Source: Auanema rhodensis (Eukaryota; Animalia; Nematoda). From it: 64,000 nucleotides of DNA. Where the stretch lies: contig OZ059894.1 in assembly GCA_964057225.1 (NCBI GenBank), forward strand, positions 5,022,001-5,086,000, read 5' to 3'. Below, in pieces: positions 14,401 to 29,400 of this stretch (positions within the stretch are counted from its first letter, which is position 1; every line of letters begins with the position of its first letter). The position numbers were made by a program, and so were the translations under genes. Below the pieces are notes generated by a model. It saw nothing but the letters and a program-made list of their open reading frames with translations, did no database searches and had not been told where the DNA came from.

Positions 14401-17400
14401 TCATAACTAATTTTTGTATTAAGCGTTTCTCAAAGTAGTATAGTGCATTCGATGCGGATTTCCAAGCTGCGTCGATCTGTGTTATCAGATTTGCGCTAGC
14501 TTAAAAATGCACCGAGATATCAACTGATATAAGTTCACACTTATATCCTCCATTTTCACCCTGAAGAATTAATTTTTTCGTTGAATAACATTGTCCATCG
14601 TCTTTGCCTTGAAAAAAGGAATCTAAAAACATCTACTTTTTGCTAAATTATTTTGAAATTTTTCGAAAAAATTTTTGTCAAAATGTTTTTGGAAGCTATG
14701 TTGAGTGTACATGGAAACTCAACATACACTAATGCATCATTTTTCAAACGATCATAACTAATTTTTGTATTAAGCGTTTCTCAAAGTAGTATAGTGCATT
14801 CGATGCGGATTTCCAAGCTGCGTCGATCTGTGTTATCAGATTTGCGCTAGCTTAAAAATGCACCGAGATATCAACTGATATAAGTTCACACTTATATCCT
14901 CCATTTTCACCCTGAAGAATTAATTTTTTCGTTGAATAACATTGTCCATCGTCTTTGCCTTGAAAAAAGGAATCTAAAAACATCTACTTTTTGCTAAATT
15001 ATTTTGAAATTTTTCGAAAAAATTTTTGTCAAAATGTTTTTGGAAGCTATGTTGAGTGTACATGGAAACTCAACATACACTTATGCATCATTTTTCAAAC
15101 GATCATAACTAATTTTTGTATTAAGCGTTCCTCAATGTAGTATAGTGCATTCGATGCGGATTTTTAAGCTGCGTCGATCTGTGTTATCAGATTTGCGCTA
15201 GCTTAAAAATGCACCGAGATATCAACTGATATAAGTTCACACTTATATCCTTGATTTTCACCCTGGAGAATTAATTTTTTCGTTGAATAACATTGTCCAT
15301 CGTCTTTGCCTTGAAAAAAGGAATCTAAAAACATCTACTTTTTGCTAAATTATTTTGAAATTTTTCGAAAAAATTTTTGTCAAAATGTTTTTGGAAGCTA
15401 TGTTGAGTGTACATGGAAACTCAACATACACTTATGCATCATTTTTCAAACGATCATAACTAATTTTTGTATTAAGCGTTTCTCAAAGTAGTATAGTGCA
15501 TTCGATGCGGATTTTCAAGTTGCGTCGATCTGTGTTATCAGATTTGCGCTAGCTTAAAAATGCACCGAGATATCAACTGATATAAGTTCACACTTATATC
15601 CTCGATTTTCACCCTGAAGAATTAATTTTTTCGTTGAATAACATTGTCCATCGTCTTCGCCTTGAAAAAAGGAATCTAATAACATCTACTTTTTGCTAAA
15701 TTATTTTGAAATTTTTCGAAAAAATTTTTGTCAAAATGTTTTTGGAAGCTATGTTGAGTGTACATGGAAACTCAACATACACTAATGCATCATTTTTCAA
15801 ACGATCATAACTAATTTTTGTATTAAGCGTTTCTCAAAGTAGTATAGTGCATTCGATGCGGATTTCCAAGCTGCGTCGATCTGTGTTATCAGATTTGCGC
15901 TAGCTTAAAAATGCACCGAGATATCAACTGATATAAGTTCACACTTATATCCTCCATTTTCTCCCTGAAGAATTAATTTTTTCGTTGAATAACATTGTCC
16001 ATCGTCTTTGCCTTGAAAAAAGGAATCTAAAAACATCTACTTTTTGCTAAATTGTTTTGAAATTTTTCGAAAAAATTTTTGTCAAAATGTTTTTGGAAGC
16101 TATGTTGAGTGTACATGGAAACTCAACATACACTAATGCATCATTTTTCAAACGATCATAACTAATTTTTGTATTAAGCGTTCCTCAATGTAGTATAGTG
16201 CATTCGATGCGGATTTTTAAGCTGCGTCGATCTGTGTTATCAGATTTGCGCTAGCTTAAAAATGCACCGAGATATCAACTGATATAAGTTCACACTTATA
16301 TCCTTGATTTTCACCCTGAAGAATTAATTTTTTCGTTGAATAACATTGTCCATCGTCTTTGCCTTGAAAAAAGGAATCTAAAAACATCTACTTTTTGCTA
16401 AATTATTTTGAAATTTTTCGAAAAAATTTTTGTCAAAATGTTTTTGGAAGCTATGTTGAGTGTACATGGAAACTCAACATACACTTATGCATCATTTTTC
16501 AAACGATCATAACTAATTTTTGTATTAAGCGTTTCTCAAAGTAGTATAGTGCATTCGATGCGGATTTTCAAGTTGCGTCGATCTGTGTTATCAGATTTGC
16601 GCTAGCTTAAAAATGCACCGAGATATCAACTGATATAAGTTCACACTTATATCCTCGATTTTCACCCTGAAGAATTAATTTTTTCGTTGAATAACATTGT
16701 CCATCGTCTTTGCCTTGAAAAAAGGAATCTAAAAACATCTACTTTTTGCTAAATTATTTTGAAATTTTTCGAAAAAATTTTTGTCAAAATGTTTTTGGAA
16801 GCTATGTTGAGTGTACATGGAAACTCAACATACACTAATGCATCATTTTTCAAACGATCATAACTAATTTTTGTATTAAGCGTTCCTCAATGTAGTATAG
16901 TGCATTCGATGCGGATTTTTAAGCTGCGTCGATCTGTGTTATCAGATTTGCGCTAGCTTAAAAATGCACCGAGATATCAACTGATATAAGTTCACACTTA
17001 TATCTTTGATTTTCACCCTGTAGAATTAATTTTTTCGTTGAATAACATTGTCCATCGTCTTTGCCTTGAAAAAAGGAATCTAAAAACATCTACTTTTTGC
17101 TAAATTATTTTGAAATTTTTCGAAAAAATTTTTGTCAAAATGTTTTTGGAAGCTATGTTGAGTGTACATGGAAACTCAACATACACTTATGCATCATTTT
17201 TCAAACGATCATAACTAATTTTTGTATTAAGCGTTCCTCAATGTAGTATAGTGCATTCGATGCGGATTTTTAAGCTGCGTCGATCTGTGTTATCAGATTT
17301 GCGCTAGCTGAAAAATGCACCGAGATATCAACTGATATAAGTTCACACTTATATCCTCGATTTTCACCCTGAAGAATTAATTTTTTCGTTGAATAACATT

Positions 17401-20400
17401 GTCCATCGTCTTTGCCTTGAAAAAAGGAATCTAAAAACATCTACTTTTTGCTAAATTGTTTTGAAATTTTTCGAAAAAATTTTTGTCAAAATGTTTTTGG
17501 AAGCTATGTTGAGTGTACATGGAAACTCAACATACACTAATGCATCATTTTTCAAACGATCATAACTAATTTTTGTATTAAGCGTTTCTCAAAGTAGTAT
17601 AGTGCATTCGATGCGGATTTCCAAGCTGCGTCGATCTGTGTTATCAGATTTGCGCTAGCTTAAAAATGCACCGAGATATCAACTGATATAAGTTCACACT
17701 TATATCCTCCATTTTCACCCTGAAGAATTAATTTTTTCGTTGAATAACATTGTCCATCGTCTTTGCCTTGAAAAAAGGAATCTAAAAACATCTACTTTTT
17801 GCTAAATTATTTTGAAATTTTTCGAAAAAATTTTTGTCAAAATGTTTTTGGAAGCTATGTTGAGTGTACATGGAAACTCAACATACACTAATGCATCATT
17901 TTTCAAACGATCATAACTAATTTTTGTATTAAGCGTTTCTCAAAGTAGTATAGTGCATTCGATGCGGATTTCCAAGCTGCGTCGATCTGTGTTATCAGAT
18001 TTGCGCTAGCTTAAAAATGCACCGAGATATCAACTGATATAAGTTCACACTTATATCCTCGATTTTCACCCTGAAGAATTAATTTTTTCGTTGAATAACA
18101 TTGTCCATCGTCTTTGCCTTGAAAAAAGGAATCTAAAAACATCTACTTTTTGCTAAATTATTTTGAAATTTTTCGAAAAAATTTTTGTCAAAATGTTTTT
18201 GGAAGCTATGTTGAGTGTACATGGAAACTCAACATACACTTATGCATCATTTTTCAAACGATCATAACTAATTTTTGTATTAAGCGTTCTTCAATGTAGT
18301 ATAGTGCATTCGATGCGGATTTTTAAGCTGCGTCGATCTGTGTTATCAGATTTGCGCTAGCTTAAAAATGCACCGAGATATCAACTGATATAAGTTCACA
18401 CTTATATCCTTGATTTTCACCCTGGAGAATTAATTTTTTCGTTGAATAACATTGTCCATCGTCTTTGCCTTGAAAAAAGGAATCTAAAAACATCTACTTT
18501 TTGCTAAATTATTATGAAATTTTTCGAAAAAATTTTTGTCAAAATGTTTTTGGAAGCTATGTTGAGTGTACATGGAAACTCAACATACACTTATGCATCA
18601 TTTTTCAAACGATCATAACTAATTTTTGTATTAAGCGTTTCTCAAAGTAGTATAGTGCATTCGATGCGGATTTTCAAGTTGCGTCGATCTGTGTTATCAG
18701 ATTTGCGCTAGCTTAAAAATGCACCGAGATATCAACTGATATAAGTTCACACTTATATCCTCGATTTTCACCCTGAAGAATTAATTTTTTCGTTGAATAA
18801 CATTGTCCATCGTCTTCGCCTTGAAAAAAGGAATCTAATAACATCTACTTTTTGCTAAATTATTTTGAAATTTTTCGAAAAAATTTTTGTCAAAATGTTT
18901 TTGGAAGCTATGTTGAGTGTACATGGAAACTCAACATACACTAATGCATCATTTTTCAAACGATCATAACTAATTTTTGTATTAAGCGTTTCTCAAAGTA
19001 GTATAGTGCATTCGATGCGGATTTCCAAGCTGCGTCGATCTGTGTTATCAGATTTGCGCTAGCTTAAAAATGCACCGAGATATCAACTGATATAAGTTCA
19101 CACTTATATCCTCCATTTTCTCCCTGAAGAATTAATTTTTTCGTTGAATAACATTGTCCATCGTCTTTGCCTTGAAAAAAGGAATCTAAAAACATCTACT
19201 TTTTGCTAAATTATTTTGAAATTTTTCGAAAAAATTTTTGTCAAAATGTTTTTGGAAGCTATGTTGAGTGTACATGGAAACTCAACATACACTAATGCAT
19301 CATTTTTCAAACGATCATAACTAATTTTTGTATTAAGCGTTCTTCAATGTAGTATAGTGCATTCGATGCGGATTTTTAAGCTGCGTCGATCTGTGTTATC
19401 AGATTTGCGCTAGCTTAAAAATGCACCGAGATATCAACTGATATAAGTTCACACTTATATCCTTGATTTTCACCCTGGAGAATTAATTTTTTCGTTGAAT
19501 AACATTGTCCATCGTCTTTGCCTTGAAAAAAGGAATCTAAAAACATCTACTTTTTGCTAAATTATTTTGAAATTTTTCGAAAAAATTTTTGTCAAAATGT
19601 TTTTGGAAGCTATGTTGAGTGTACATGGAAACTCAACATACACTTATGCATCATTTTTCAAACGATCATAACTAATTTTTGTATTAAGCGTTTCTCAAAG
19701 TAGTATAGTGCATTCGATGCGGATTTTCAAGTTGCGTCGATCTGTGTTATCAGATTTGCGCTAGCTTAAAAATGCACCGAGATATCAACTGATATAAGTT
19801 CACACTTATATCCTCGATTTTCACCCTGAAGAATTAATTTTTTCGTTGAATAACATTGTCCATCGTCTTCGCCTTGAAAAAAGGAATCTAATAACATCTA
19901 CTTTTTGCTAAATTATTTTGAAATTTTTCGAAAAAATTTTTGTCAAAATGTTTTTGGAAGCTATGTTGAGTGTACATGGAAACTCAACATACACTAATGC
20001 ATCATTTTTCAAACGATCATAACTAATTTTTGTATTAAGCGTTTCTCAAAGTAGTATAGTGCATTCGATGCGGATTTCCAAGCTGCGTCGATCTGTGTTA
20101 TCAGATTTGCGCTAGCTTAAAAATGCACCGAGATATCAACTGATATAAGTTCACACTTATATCCTCCATTTTCTCCCTGAAGAATTAATTTTTTCGTTGA
20201 ATAACATTGTCCATCGTCTTTGCCTTGAAAAAAGGAATCTAAAAACATCTACTTTTTGCTAAATTATTTTGAAATTTTTCGAAAAAATTTTTGTCAAAAT
20301 GTTTTTGGAAGCTATGTTGAGTGTACATGGAAACTCAACATACACTAATGCATCATTTTTCAAACGATCATAACTAATTTTTGTATTAAGCGTTCCTCAA

Positions 20401-23400
20401 TGTAGTATAGTGCATTCGATGCGGATTTTTAAGCTGCGTCGATCTGTGTTATCAGATTTGCGCTAGCTTAAAAATGCACCGAGATATCAACTGATATAAG
20501 TTCACACTTATATCCTTGATTTTCACCCTGAAGAATTAATTTTTTCGTTGAATAACATTGTCCATCGTCTTTGCCTTGAAAAAAGGAATCTAAAAACATC
20601 TACTTTTTGCTAAATTATTTTGAAATTTTTCGAAAAAATTTTTGTCAAAATGTTTTTGGAAGCTATGTTGAGTGTACATGGAAACTCAACATACACTAAT
20701 GCATCATTTTTCAAACGATCATAACTAATTTTTGTATTAAGCGTTCCTCAATGTAGTATAGTGCATTCGATGCGGATTTTTAAGCTGCGTCGATCTGTGT
20801 TATCAGATTTGCGCTAGCTTAAAAATGCACCGAGATATCAACTGATATAAGTTCACACTTATATCCTTGATTTTCACCCTGGAGAATTAATTTTTTCGTT
20901 GAATAACATTGTCCATCGTCTTTGCCTTGAAAAAAGGAATCTAAAAACATCTACTTTTTGCTAAATTATTTTGAAATTTTTCGAAAAAATTTTTGTCAAA
21001 ATGTTTTTGGAAGCTATGTTGAGTGTACATGGAAACTCAACATACACTTATGCATCATTTTTCAAACGATCATAACTAATTTTTGTATTAAGCGTTTCTC
21101 AAAGTAGTATAGTGCATTCGATGCGGATTTTCAAGTTGCGTCGATCTGTGTTATCAGATTTGCGCTAGCTTAAAAATGCACCGAGATATCAACTGATATA
21201 AGTTCACACTTATATCCTCCATTTTCACCCTGAAGAATTAATTTTTTCGTTGAATAACATTGTCCATCGTCTTTGCCTTGAAAAAAGGAATCTAAAAACA
21301 TTTACTTTTTGCTAAATTATTTTGAAATTTTTCGAAAAAATTTTTGTCAAAATGTTTTTGGAAGCTATGTTGAGTGTACATGGAAACTCAACATACACTT
21401 ATGCATCATTTTTCAAACGATCATAACTAATTTTTGTATTAAGCGTTTCTCAAAGTAATATAGTGCATTCGATGCGGATTTTCAAGTTGCGTCGATCTGT
21501 GTTATCAGATTTGCGCTAGCTTAAAAATGCACCGAGATATCAACTGATATAAGTTCACACTTATATCCTCGATTTTCACCCTGAAGAATTAATTTTTTCG
21601 TTGAATAACATTGTCCATCGTCTTTGCCTTGAAAAAAGGAATCTAAAAACATTTACTTTTTGCTAAATTATTTTGAAATTTTTCGAAAAAATTTTTGTCA
21701 AAATGTTTTTGGAAGCTATGTTGAGTGTACATGGAAACTCAACATACACTAATGCATCATTTTTCAAACGATCATAACTAATTTTTGTATTAAGCGTTTC
21801 TCAAAGTAGTATAGTGCATTCGATGCGGATTTCCAAGCTGCGTCGATCTGTGTTATCAGATTTGCGCTAGCTTAAAAATGCACCGAGATATCAACTGATA
21901 TAAGTTCACACTTATATCCTCCATTTTCACCCTGAAGAATTAATTTTTTCGTTGAATAACATTGTCCATCGTCTTTGCCTTGAAAAAAGGAATCTAAAAA
22001 CATCTACTTTTTGCCAAATTATTTTGAAATTTTTCGAAAAAATTTTTGGAAGCTATGTTGAGTGTACATGGAAACTCAACATACACTAATGCATCATTTT
22101 TCAAACGATCATAACTAATTTTTGTATTAAGCGTTCCTCAATGTAGTATAGTGCATTCGATGCGGATTTTTAAGCTGCGTCGATCTGTGTTATCAGATTT
22201 GCGCTAGCTTAAAAATGCACCGAGATATCAACTGATATAAGTTCACACTTATATCCTTGATTTTCACCCTGAAGAATTAATTTTTTCGTTGAATAACATT
22301 GTCCATCGTCTTTGCCTTGAAAAAAGGAATCTAAAAACATCTACTTTTTGCTAAATTATTTTGAAATTTTTCGAAAAAATTTTTGTCAAAATGTTTTTGG
22401 AAGCTATGTTGAGTGTACATGGAAACTCAACATACACTTATGCATCATTTTTCAAACGATCATAACTAATTTTTGTATTAAGCGTTTCTCAAAGTAGTAT
22501 AGTGCATTCGATGCGGATTTTTAAGCTGCGTCGATCTGTGTTATCAGATTTGCGCTAGCTTAAAAATGCACCGAGATATCAACTGATATAAGTTCACACT
22601 TATATCCTCGATTTTCACCCTGAAGAATTAATTTTTTCGTTGAATAACATTGTCCATCGTCTTAGCCTTGAAAAAAGGAATCTAAAAACATCTACTTTTT
22701 GCTAAATTATTTTGAAATTTTTCGAAAAAATTTTTGTCAAAATGTTTTTGGAAGCTATGTTGAGTGTACATGGAAACTCAACATACACTAATGCATCATT
22801 TTTCAAACGATCATAACTAATTTTTGTATTAAGCGTTTCTCAAAGTAGTATAGTGCATTCGATGCGGATTTCCAAGCTGCGTCGATCTGTGTTATCAGAT
22901 TTGCGCTAGCTTAAAAATGCACCGAGATATCAACTGATATAAGTTCACACTTATATCCTCCATTTTCACCCTGAAGAATTAATTTTTTCGTTGAATAACA
23001 TTGTCCATCGTCTTTGCCTTGAAAAAAGGAATCTAAAAACATCTACTTTTTGCCAAATTATTTTGAAATTTTTCGAAAAAATTTTTGTCAAAATGTTTTT
23101 GGAAGCTATGTTGAGTGTACATGGAAACTCAACATACACTAATGCATCATTTTTCAAACGATCATAACTAATTTTTGTATTAAGCGTTCCTCAATGTAGT
23201 ATAGTGCATTCGATGCGGATTTTTAAGCTGCGTCGATCTGTGTTATCAGATTTGCGCTAGCTTAAAAATGCACCGAGATATCAACTGATATAAGTTCACA
23301 CTTATATCCTTGATTTTCACCCTGAAGAATTAATTTTTTCGTTGAATAACATTGTCCATCGTCTTTGCCTTGAAAAAAGGAATCTAAAAACATCTACTTT

Positions 23401-26400
23401 TTGCTAAATTATTTTGAAATTTTTCGAAAAAATTTTTGTCAAAATGTTTTTGGAAGCTATGTTGAGTGTACATGGAAACTCAACATACACTTATGCATCA
23501 TTTTTCAAACGATCATAACTAATTTTTGTATTAAGCGTTTCTCAAAGTAGTATAGTGCATTCGATGCGGATTTTCAAGTTGCGTCGATCTGTGTTATCAG
23601 ATTTGCGCTAGCTTAAAAATGCACCGAGATATCAACTGATATAAGTTCACACTTATATCCTCGATTTTCACCCTGAAGAATTAATTTTTTCGTTGAATAA
23701 CATTGTCCATCGTCTTTGCCTTGAAAAAAGGAATCTAAAAACATCTACTTTTTGCTAAATTATTTTGAAATTTTTCGAAAAAATTTTTGTCAAAATGTTT
23801 TTGGAAGCTATGTTGAGTGTACATGGAAACTCAACATACACTAATGCATCATTTTTCAAACGATCATAACTAATTTTTGTATTAAGCGTTTCTCAAAGTA
23901 GTATAGTGCATTCGATGCGGATTTCCAAGCTGCGTCGATCTGTGTTATCAGATTTGCGCTAGCTTAAAAATGCACCGAGATATCAACTGATATAAGTTCA
24001 CACTTATATCCTCCATTTTCACCCTGAAGAATTAATTTTTTCGTTGAATAACATTGTCCATCGTCTTTGCCTTGAAAAAAGGAATCTAAAAACATCTACT
24101 TTTTGCTAAATTATTTTGAAATTTTTCGAAAAAATTTTTGTCAAAATGTTTTTGGAAGCTATGTTGAGTGTACATGGAAACTCAACATACACTAATGCAT
24201 CATTTTTCAAACGATCATAACTAATTTTTGTATTAAGCGTTCCTCAATGAAGTATAGTGCATTCGATGCGGATTTTTAAGCTGCGTCGATCTGTGTTATC
24301 AGATTTGCGCTAGCTTAAAAATGCACCGAGATATCAACTGATATAAATTCACACTTATATCCTTGATTTTCACCCTGAAGAATTAATTTTTTCGTTGAAT
24401 AACATTGTCCATCGTCTTTGCCTTGAAAAAAGGAATCTAAAAACATCTACTTTTTGCTAAATTATTTTGAAATTTTTCGAAAAAATTTTTGTCAAAATGT
24501 TTTTGGAAGCTATGTTGAGTGTACATGGAAACTCAACATACACTAATGCATCATTTTTCAAACGATCATAACTAATTTTTGTATTAAGCGTTCCTCAATG
24601 TAGTATAGTGCATTCGATGCGGATTTTTAAGCTGCGTCGATCTGTGTTATCAGATTTGCGCTAGCTTAAAAATGCACCGAGATATCAACTGATATAAGTT
24701 CACACTTATATCCTTGATTTTCACCCTGAAGAATTAATTTTTTCGTTGAATAACATTGTCCATCGTCTTTGCCTTGAAAAAAGGAATCTAAAAACATCTA
24801 CTTTTTGCTAAATTATTTTGAAATTTTTCGAAAAAATTTTTGTCAAAATGTTTTTGGAAGCTATGTTGAGTGTACATGGAAACTCAACATACACTAATGC
24901 ATCATTTTTCAAACGATCATAACTAATTTTTGTATTAAGCGTTTCTCAAAGTAGTATAGTGCATTCGATGCGGATTTCCCAGCTGCGTCGATCTGTGTTA
25001 TCAGATTTGCGCTAGCTTAAAAATGCACCGAGATATCAACTGATATAAGTTCACACTTATATCCTTGATTTTCACCCTGAAGAATTAATTTTTTCGTTGA
25101 ATAACATTGTCCATCGTCTTTGCCTTGAAAAAAGGAATCTAAAAACATCTACTTTTTGCTAAATTATTTTGAAATTTTTCGAAAAAATTTTTGTCAAAAT
25201 GTTTTTGGAAGCTATGTTGAGTGTACATGGAAACTCAACATACACTAATGCATCATTTTTCAAACGATCATAACTAATTTTTGTATTAAGCGTTCCTCAA
25301 TGTAGTATAGTGCATTCGATGCGGATTTTTAAGCTGCGTCGATCTGTGTTATCAGATTTGCGCTAGCTTAAAAATGCACCGAGATATCAACTGATATAAG
25401 TTCACACTTATATCCTTGATTTTCACCCTGAAGAATTAATTTTTTCGTTGAATAACATTGTCCATCGTCTTTGCCTTGAAAAAAGGAATCTAAAAACATC
25501 TACTTTTTGCTAAATTATTTTGAAATTTTTCGAAAAAATTTTTGTCAAAATGTTTTTGGAAGCTATGTTGAGTGTACATGGAAACTCAACATACACTAAT
25601 GCATCATTTTTCAAACGATCATAACTAATTTTTGTATTAAGCGTTTCTCAAAGTAGTATAGTGCATTCGATGCGGATTTCCCAGCTGCGTCGATCTGTGT
25701 TATCAGATTTGCGCTAGCTTAAAAATGCACCGAGATATCAACTGATATAAGTTCACACTTATATCCTCCATTTTCACCCTGAAGAATTAATTTTTTCGTT
25801 GAATAACATTGTCCATCGTCTTTGCCTTGAAAAAAGAAAACTAAAAACATCTACTTTTTGCTAAATTATTTTGAAATTTTTCGAAAAAATTTTTGTCAAA
25901 ATGTTTTTGGAAGCTATGTTGAGTGTACATGGAAACTCAACATACACTTATGCATCATTTTTCAAACGATCATAACTAATTTTTGTATTAAGCGTTCCTC
26001 AATGTAGTATAGTGCATTCGATGCGGATTTTTAAGCTGCGTCGATCTGTGTTATCAGATTTGCGCTAGCTTAAAAATGCACCGAGATATCAACTGATATA
26101 AGTTCACACTTATATCCTTGATTTTCACCCTGTAGAATTAATTTTTTCGTTGAATAACATTGTCCATCGTCTTTGCCTTGAAAAAAGGAATCTAAAAACA
26201 TCTACTTTTTGCTAAATTGTTTTGAAATTTTCCGAAAAAATTTTTGTCAAAATGTTTTTGGAAGCTATGTTGAGTGTACATGGAAACTCAACATACACTT
26301 ATGCATCATTTTTCAAACGATCATAACTAATTTTTGTATTAAGCGTTCCTCAATGTAGTATAGTGCATTCGATGCGGATTTTTAAGCTGCGTCGATCTGT

Positions 26401-29400
26401 GTTATCAGATTTGCGCTAGCTTAAAAATGCACCGAGATATCAACTGATATAAGTTCACACTTATATCCTTGATTTTCACCCTGTAGAATTAATTTTTTCG
26501 TTGAATAACATTGTCCATCGTCTTTGCCTTGAAAAAAGGAATCTAAAAACATCTACTTTTTGCTAAATTATTTTGAAATTTTTCGAAAAAATTTTTGTCA
26601 AAATGTTTTTGGAAGCTATGTTGAGTGTACATGGAAACTCAACATACACTTATGCATCATTTTTCAAACGATCATAACTAATTTTTGTATTAAGCGTTCC
26701 TCAATGTAGTATAGTGCATTCGATGCGGATTTTTAAGCTGCGTCGATCTGTGTTATCAGATTTGCGCTAGCTTAAAAATGCACCGAGATATCAACTGATA
26801 TAAGTTCACACTTATATCCTTGATTTTCACCCTGGAGAATTAATTTTTTCGTTGAATAACATTGTCCATCGTCTTTGCCTTGAAAAAAGGAATCTAAAAA
26901 CATCTACTTTTTGCTAAATTGTTTTGAAATTTTTCGAAAAAATTTTTGTCAAAATGTTTTTGGAAGCTATGTTGAGTGTACATGGAAACTCAACATACAC
27001 TTATGCATCATTTTTCAAACGATCATAACTAATTTTTGTATTAAGCGTTCCTCAATGTAGTATAGTGCATTCGATGCGGATTTTTAAGCTGCGTCGATCT
27101 GTGTTATCAGATTTGCGCTAGCTTAAAAATGCACCGAGATATCAACTGATATAAGTTCACACTTATATCCTTGATTTTCACCCTGTAGAATTAATTTTTT
27201 CGTTGAATAACATTGTCCATCGTCTTTGCCTTGAAAAAAGGAATCTAAAAACATCTACTTTTTGCTAAATTATTTTGAAATTTTTCGAAAAAATTTTTGT
27301 CAAAATGTTTTTGGAAGCTATGTTGAGTGTACATGGAAACTCAACATACACTTATGCATCATTTTTCAAACGATCATAACTAATTTTTGTATTAAGCGTT
27401 CCTCAATGTAGTATAGTGCATTCGATGCGGATTTTTAAGCTGCGTCGATCTGTGTTATCAGATTTGCGCTAGCTTAAAAATGCACCGAGATATCAACTGA
27501 TATAAGTTCACACTTATATCCTTGATTTTCACCCTGGAGAATTAATTTTTTCGTTGAATAACATTGTCCATCGTCTTTGCCTTGAAAAAAGGAATCTAAA
27601 AACATCTACTTTTTGCTAAATTGTTTTGAAATTTTTCGAAAAAATTTTTGTCAAAATGTTTTTGGAAGCTATGTTGAGTGTACATGGAAACTCAACATAC
27701 ACTTATGCATCATTTTTCAAACGATCATAACTAATTTTTGTATTAAGCGTTCCTCAATGTAGTATAGTGCATTCGATGCGGATTTTTAAGCTGCGTCGAT
27801 CTGTGTTATCAGATTTGCGCTAGCTTAAAAATGCACCGAGATATCAACTGATATAAGTTCACACTTATATCCTTGATTTTCACCCTGTAGAATTAATTTT
27901 TTCGTTGAATAACATTGTCCATCGTCTTTGCCTTGAAAAAAGGAATCTAAAAACATCTACTTTTTGCTAAATTATTTTGAAATTTTTCGAAAAAATTTTT
28001 GTCAAAATGTTTTTGGAAGCTATGTTGAGTGTACATGGAAACTCAACATACACTTATGCATCATTTTTCAAACGATCATAACTAATTTTTGTATTAAGCG
28101 TTTCTCAAAGTAGTATAGTGCATTCGATGCGGATTTCCCAGCTGCGTCGATCTGTGTTATCAGATTTGCGCTAGCTTAAAAATGCACCGAGATATCAACT
28201 GATATAAGTTCACACTTATATCCTCCATTTTCACCCTGAAGAATTAATTTTTTCGTTGAATAACATTGTCCATCGTCTTTGCCTTGAAAAAAGAAAACTA
28301 AAAACATCTACTTTTTGCTAAATTATTTTGAAATTTTTCGAAAAAATTTTTGTCAAAATGTTTTTGGAAGCTATGTTGAGTGTACATGGAAACTCAACAT
28401 ACACTTATGCATCATTTTTCAAACGATCATAACTAATTTTTGTATTAAGCGTTCCTCAATGTAGTATAGTGCATTCGATGCGGATTTTTAAGCTGCGTCG
28501 ATCTGTGTTATCAGATTTGCGCTAGCTTAAAAATGCACCGAGATATCAACTGATATAAGTTCACACTTATATCCTTGATTTTCACCCTGTAGAATTAATT
28601 TTTTCGTTGAATAACATTGTCCATCGTCTTTGCCTTGAAAAAAGGAATCTAAAAACATCTACTTTTTGCTAAATTGTTTTGAAATTTTTCGAAAAAATTT
28701 TTGTCAAAATGTTTTTGGAAGCTATGTTGAGTGTACATGGAAACTCAACATACACTTATGCATCATTTTTCAAACGATCATAACTAATTTTTGTATTAAG
28801 CGTTCCTCAATGTAGTATAGTGCATTCGATGCGGATTTTTAAGCTGCGTCGATCTGTGTTATCAGATTTGCGCTAGCTTAAAAATGCACCGAGATATCAA
28901 CTGATATAAGTTCACACTTATATCCTTGATTTTCACCCTGTAGAATTAATTTTTTCGTTGAATAACATTGTCCATCGTCTTTGCCTTGAAAAAAGGAATC
29001 TAAAAACATCTACTTTTTGCTAAATTGTTTTGAAATTTTTCGAAAAAATTTTTGTCAAAATGTTTTTGGAAGCTATGTTGAGTGTACATGGAAACTCAAC
29101 ATACACTTATGCATCATTTTTCAAACGATCATAACTAATTTTTGTATTAAGCGTTCCTCAATGTAGTATAGTGCATTCGATGCGGATTTTTAAGCTGCGT
29201 CGATCTGTGTTATCAGATTTGCGCTAGCTTAAAAATGCACCGAGATATCAACTGATATAAGTTCACACTTATATCCTTGATTTTCACCCTGTAGAATTAA
29301 TTTTTTCGTTGAATAACATTGTCCATCGTCTTTGCCTTGAAAAAAGGAATCTAAAAACATCTACTTTTTGCTAAATTATTTTGAAATTTTTCGAAAAAAT

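Noticed and set aside
22966-23157. 63-aa minus-strand ORF
   Set aside because: Created by the GCTAAA>GCCAAA SNP (TAG>TGG) in one monomer; chance ORF.
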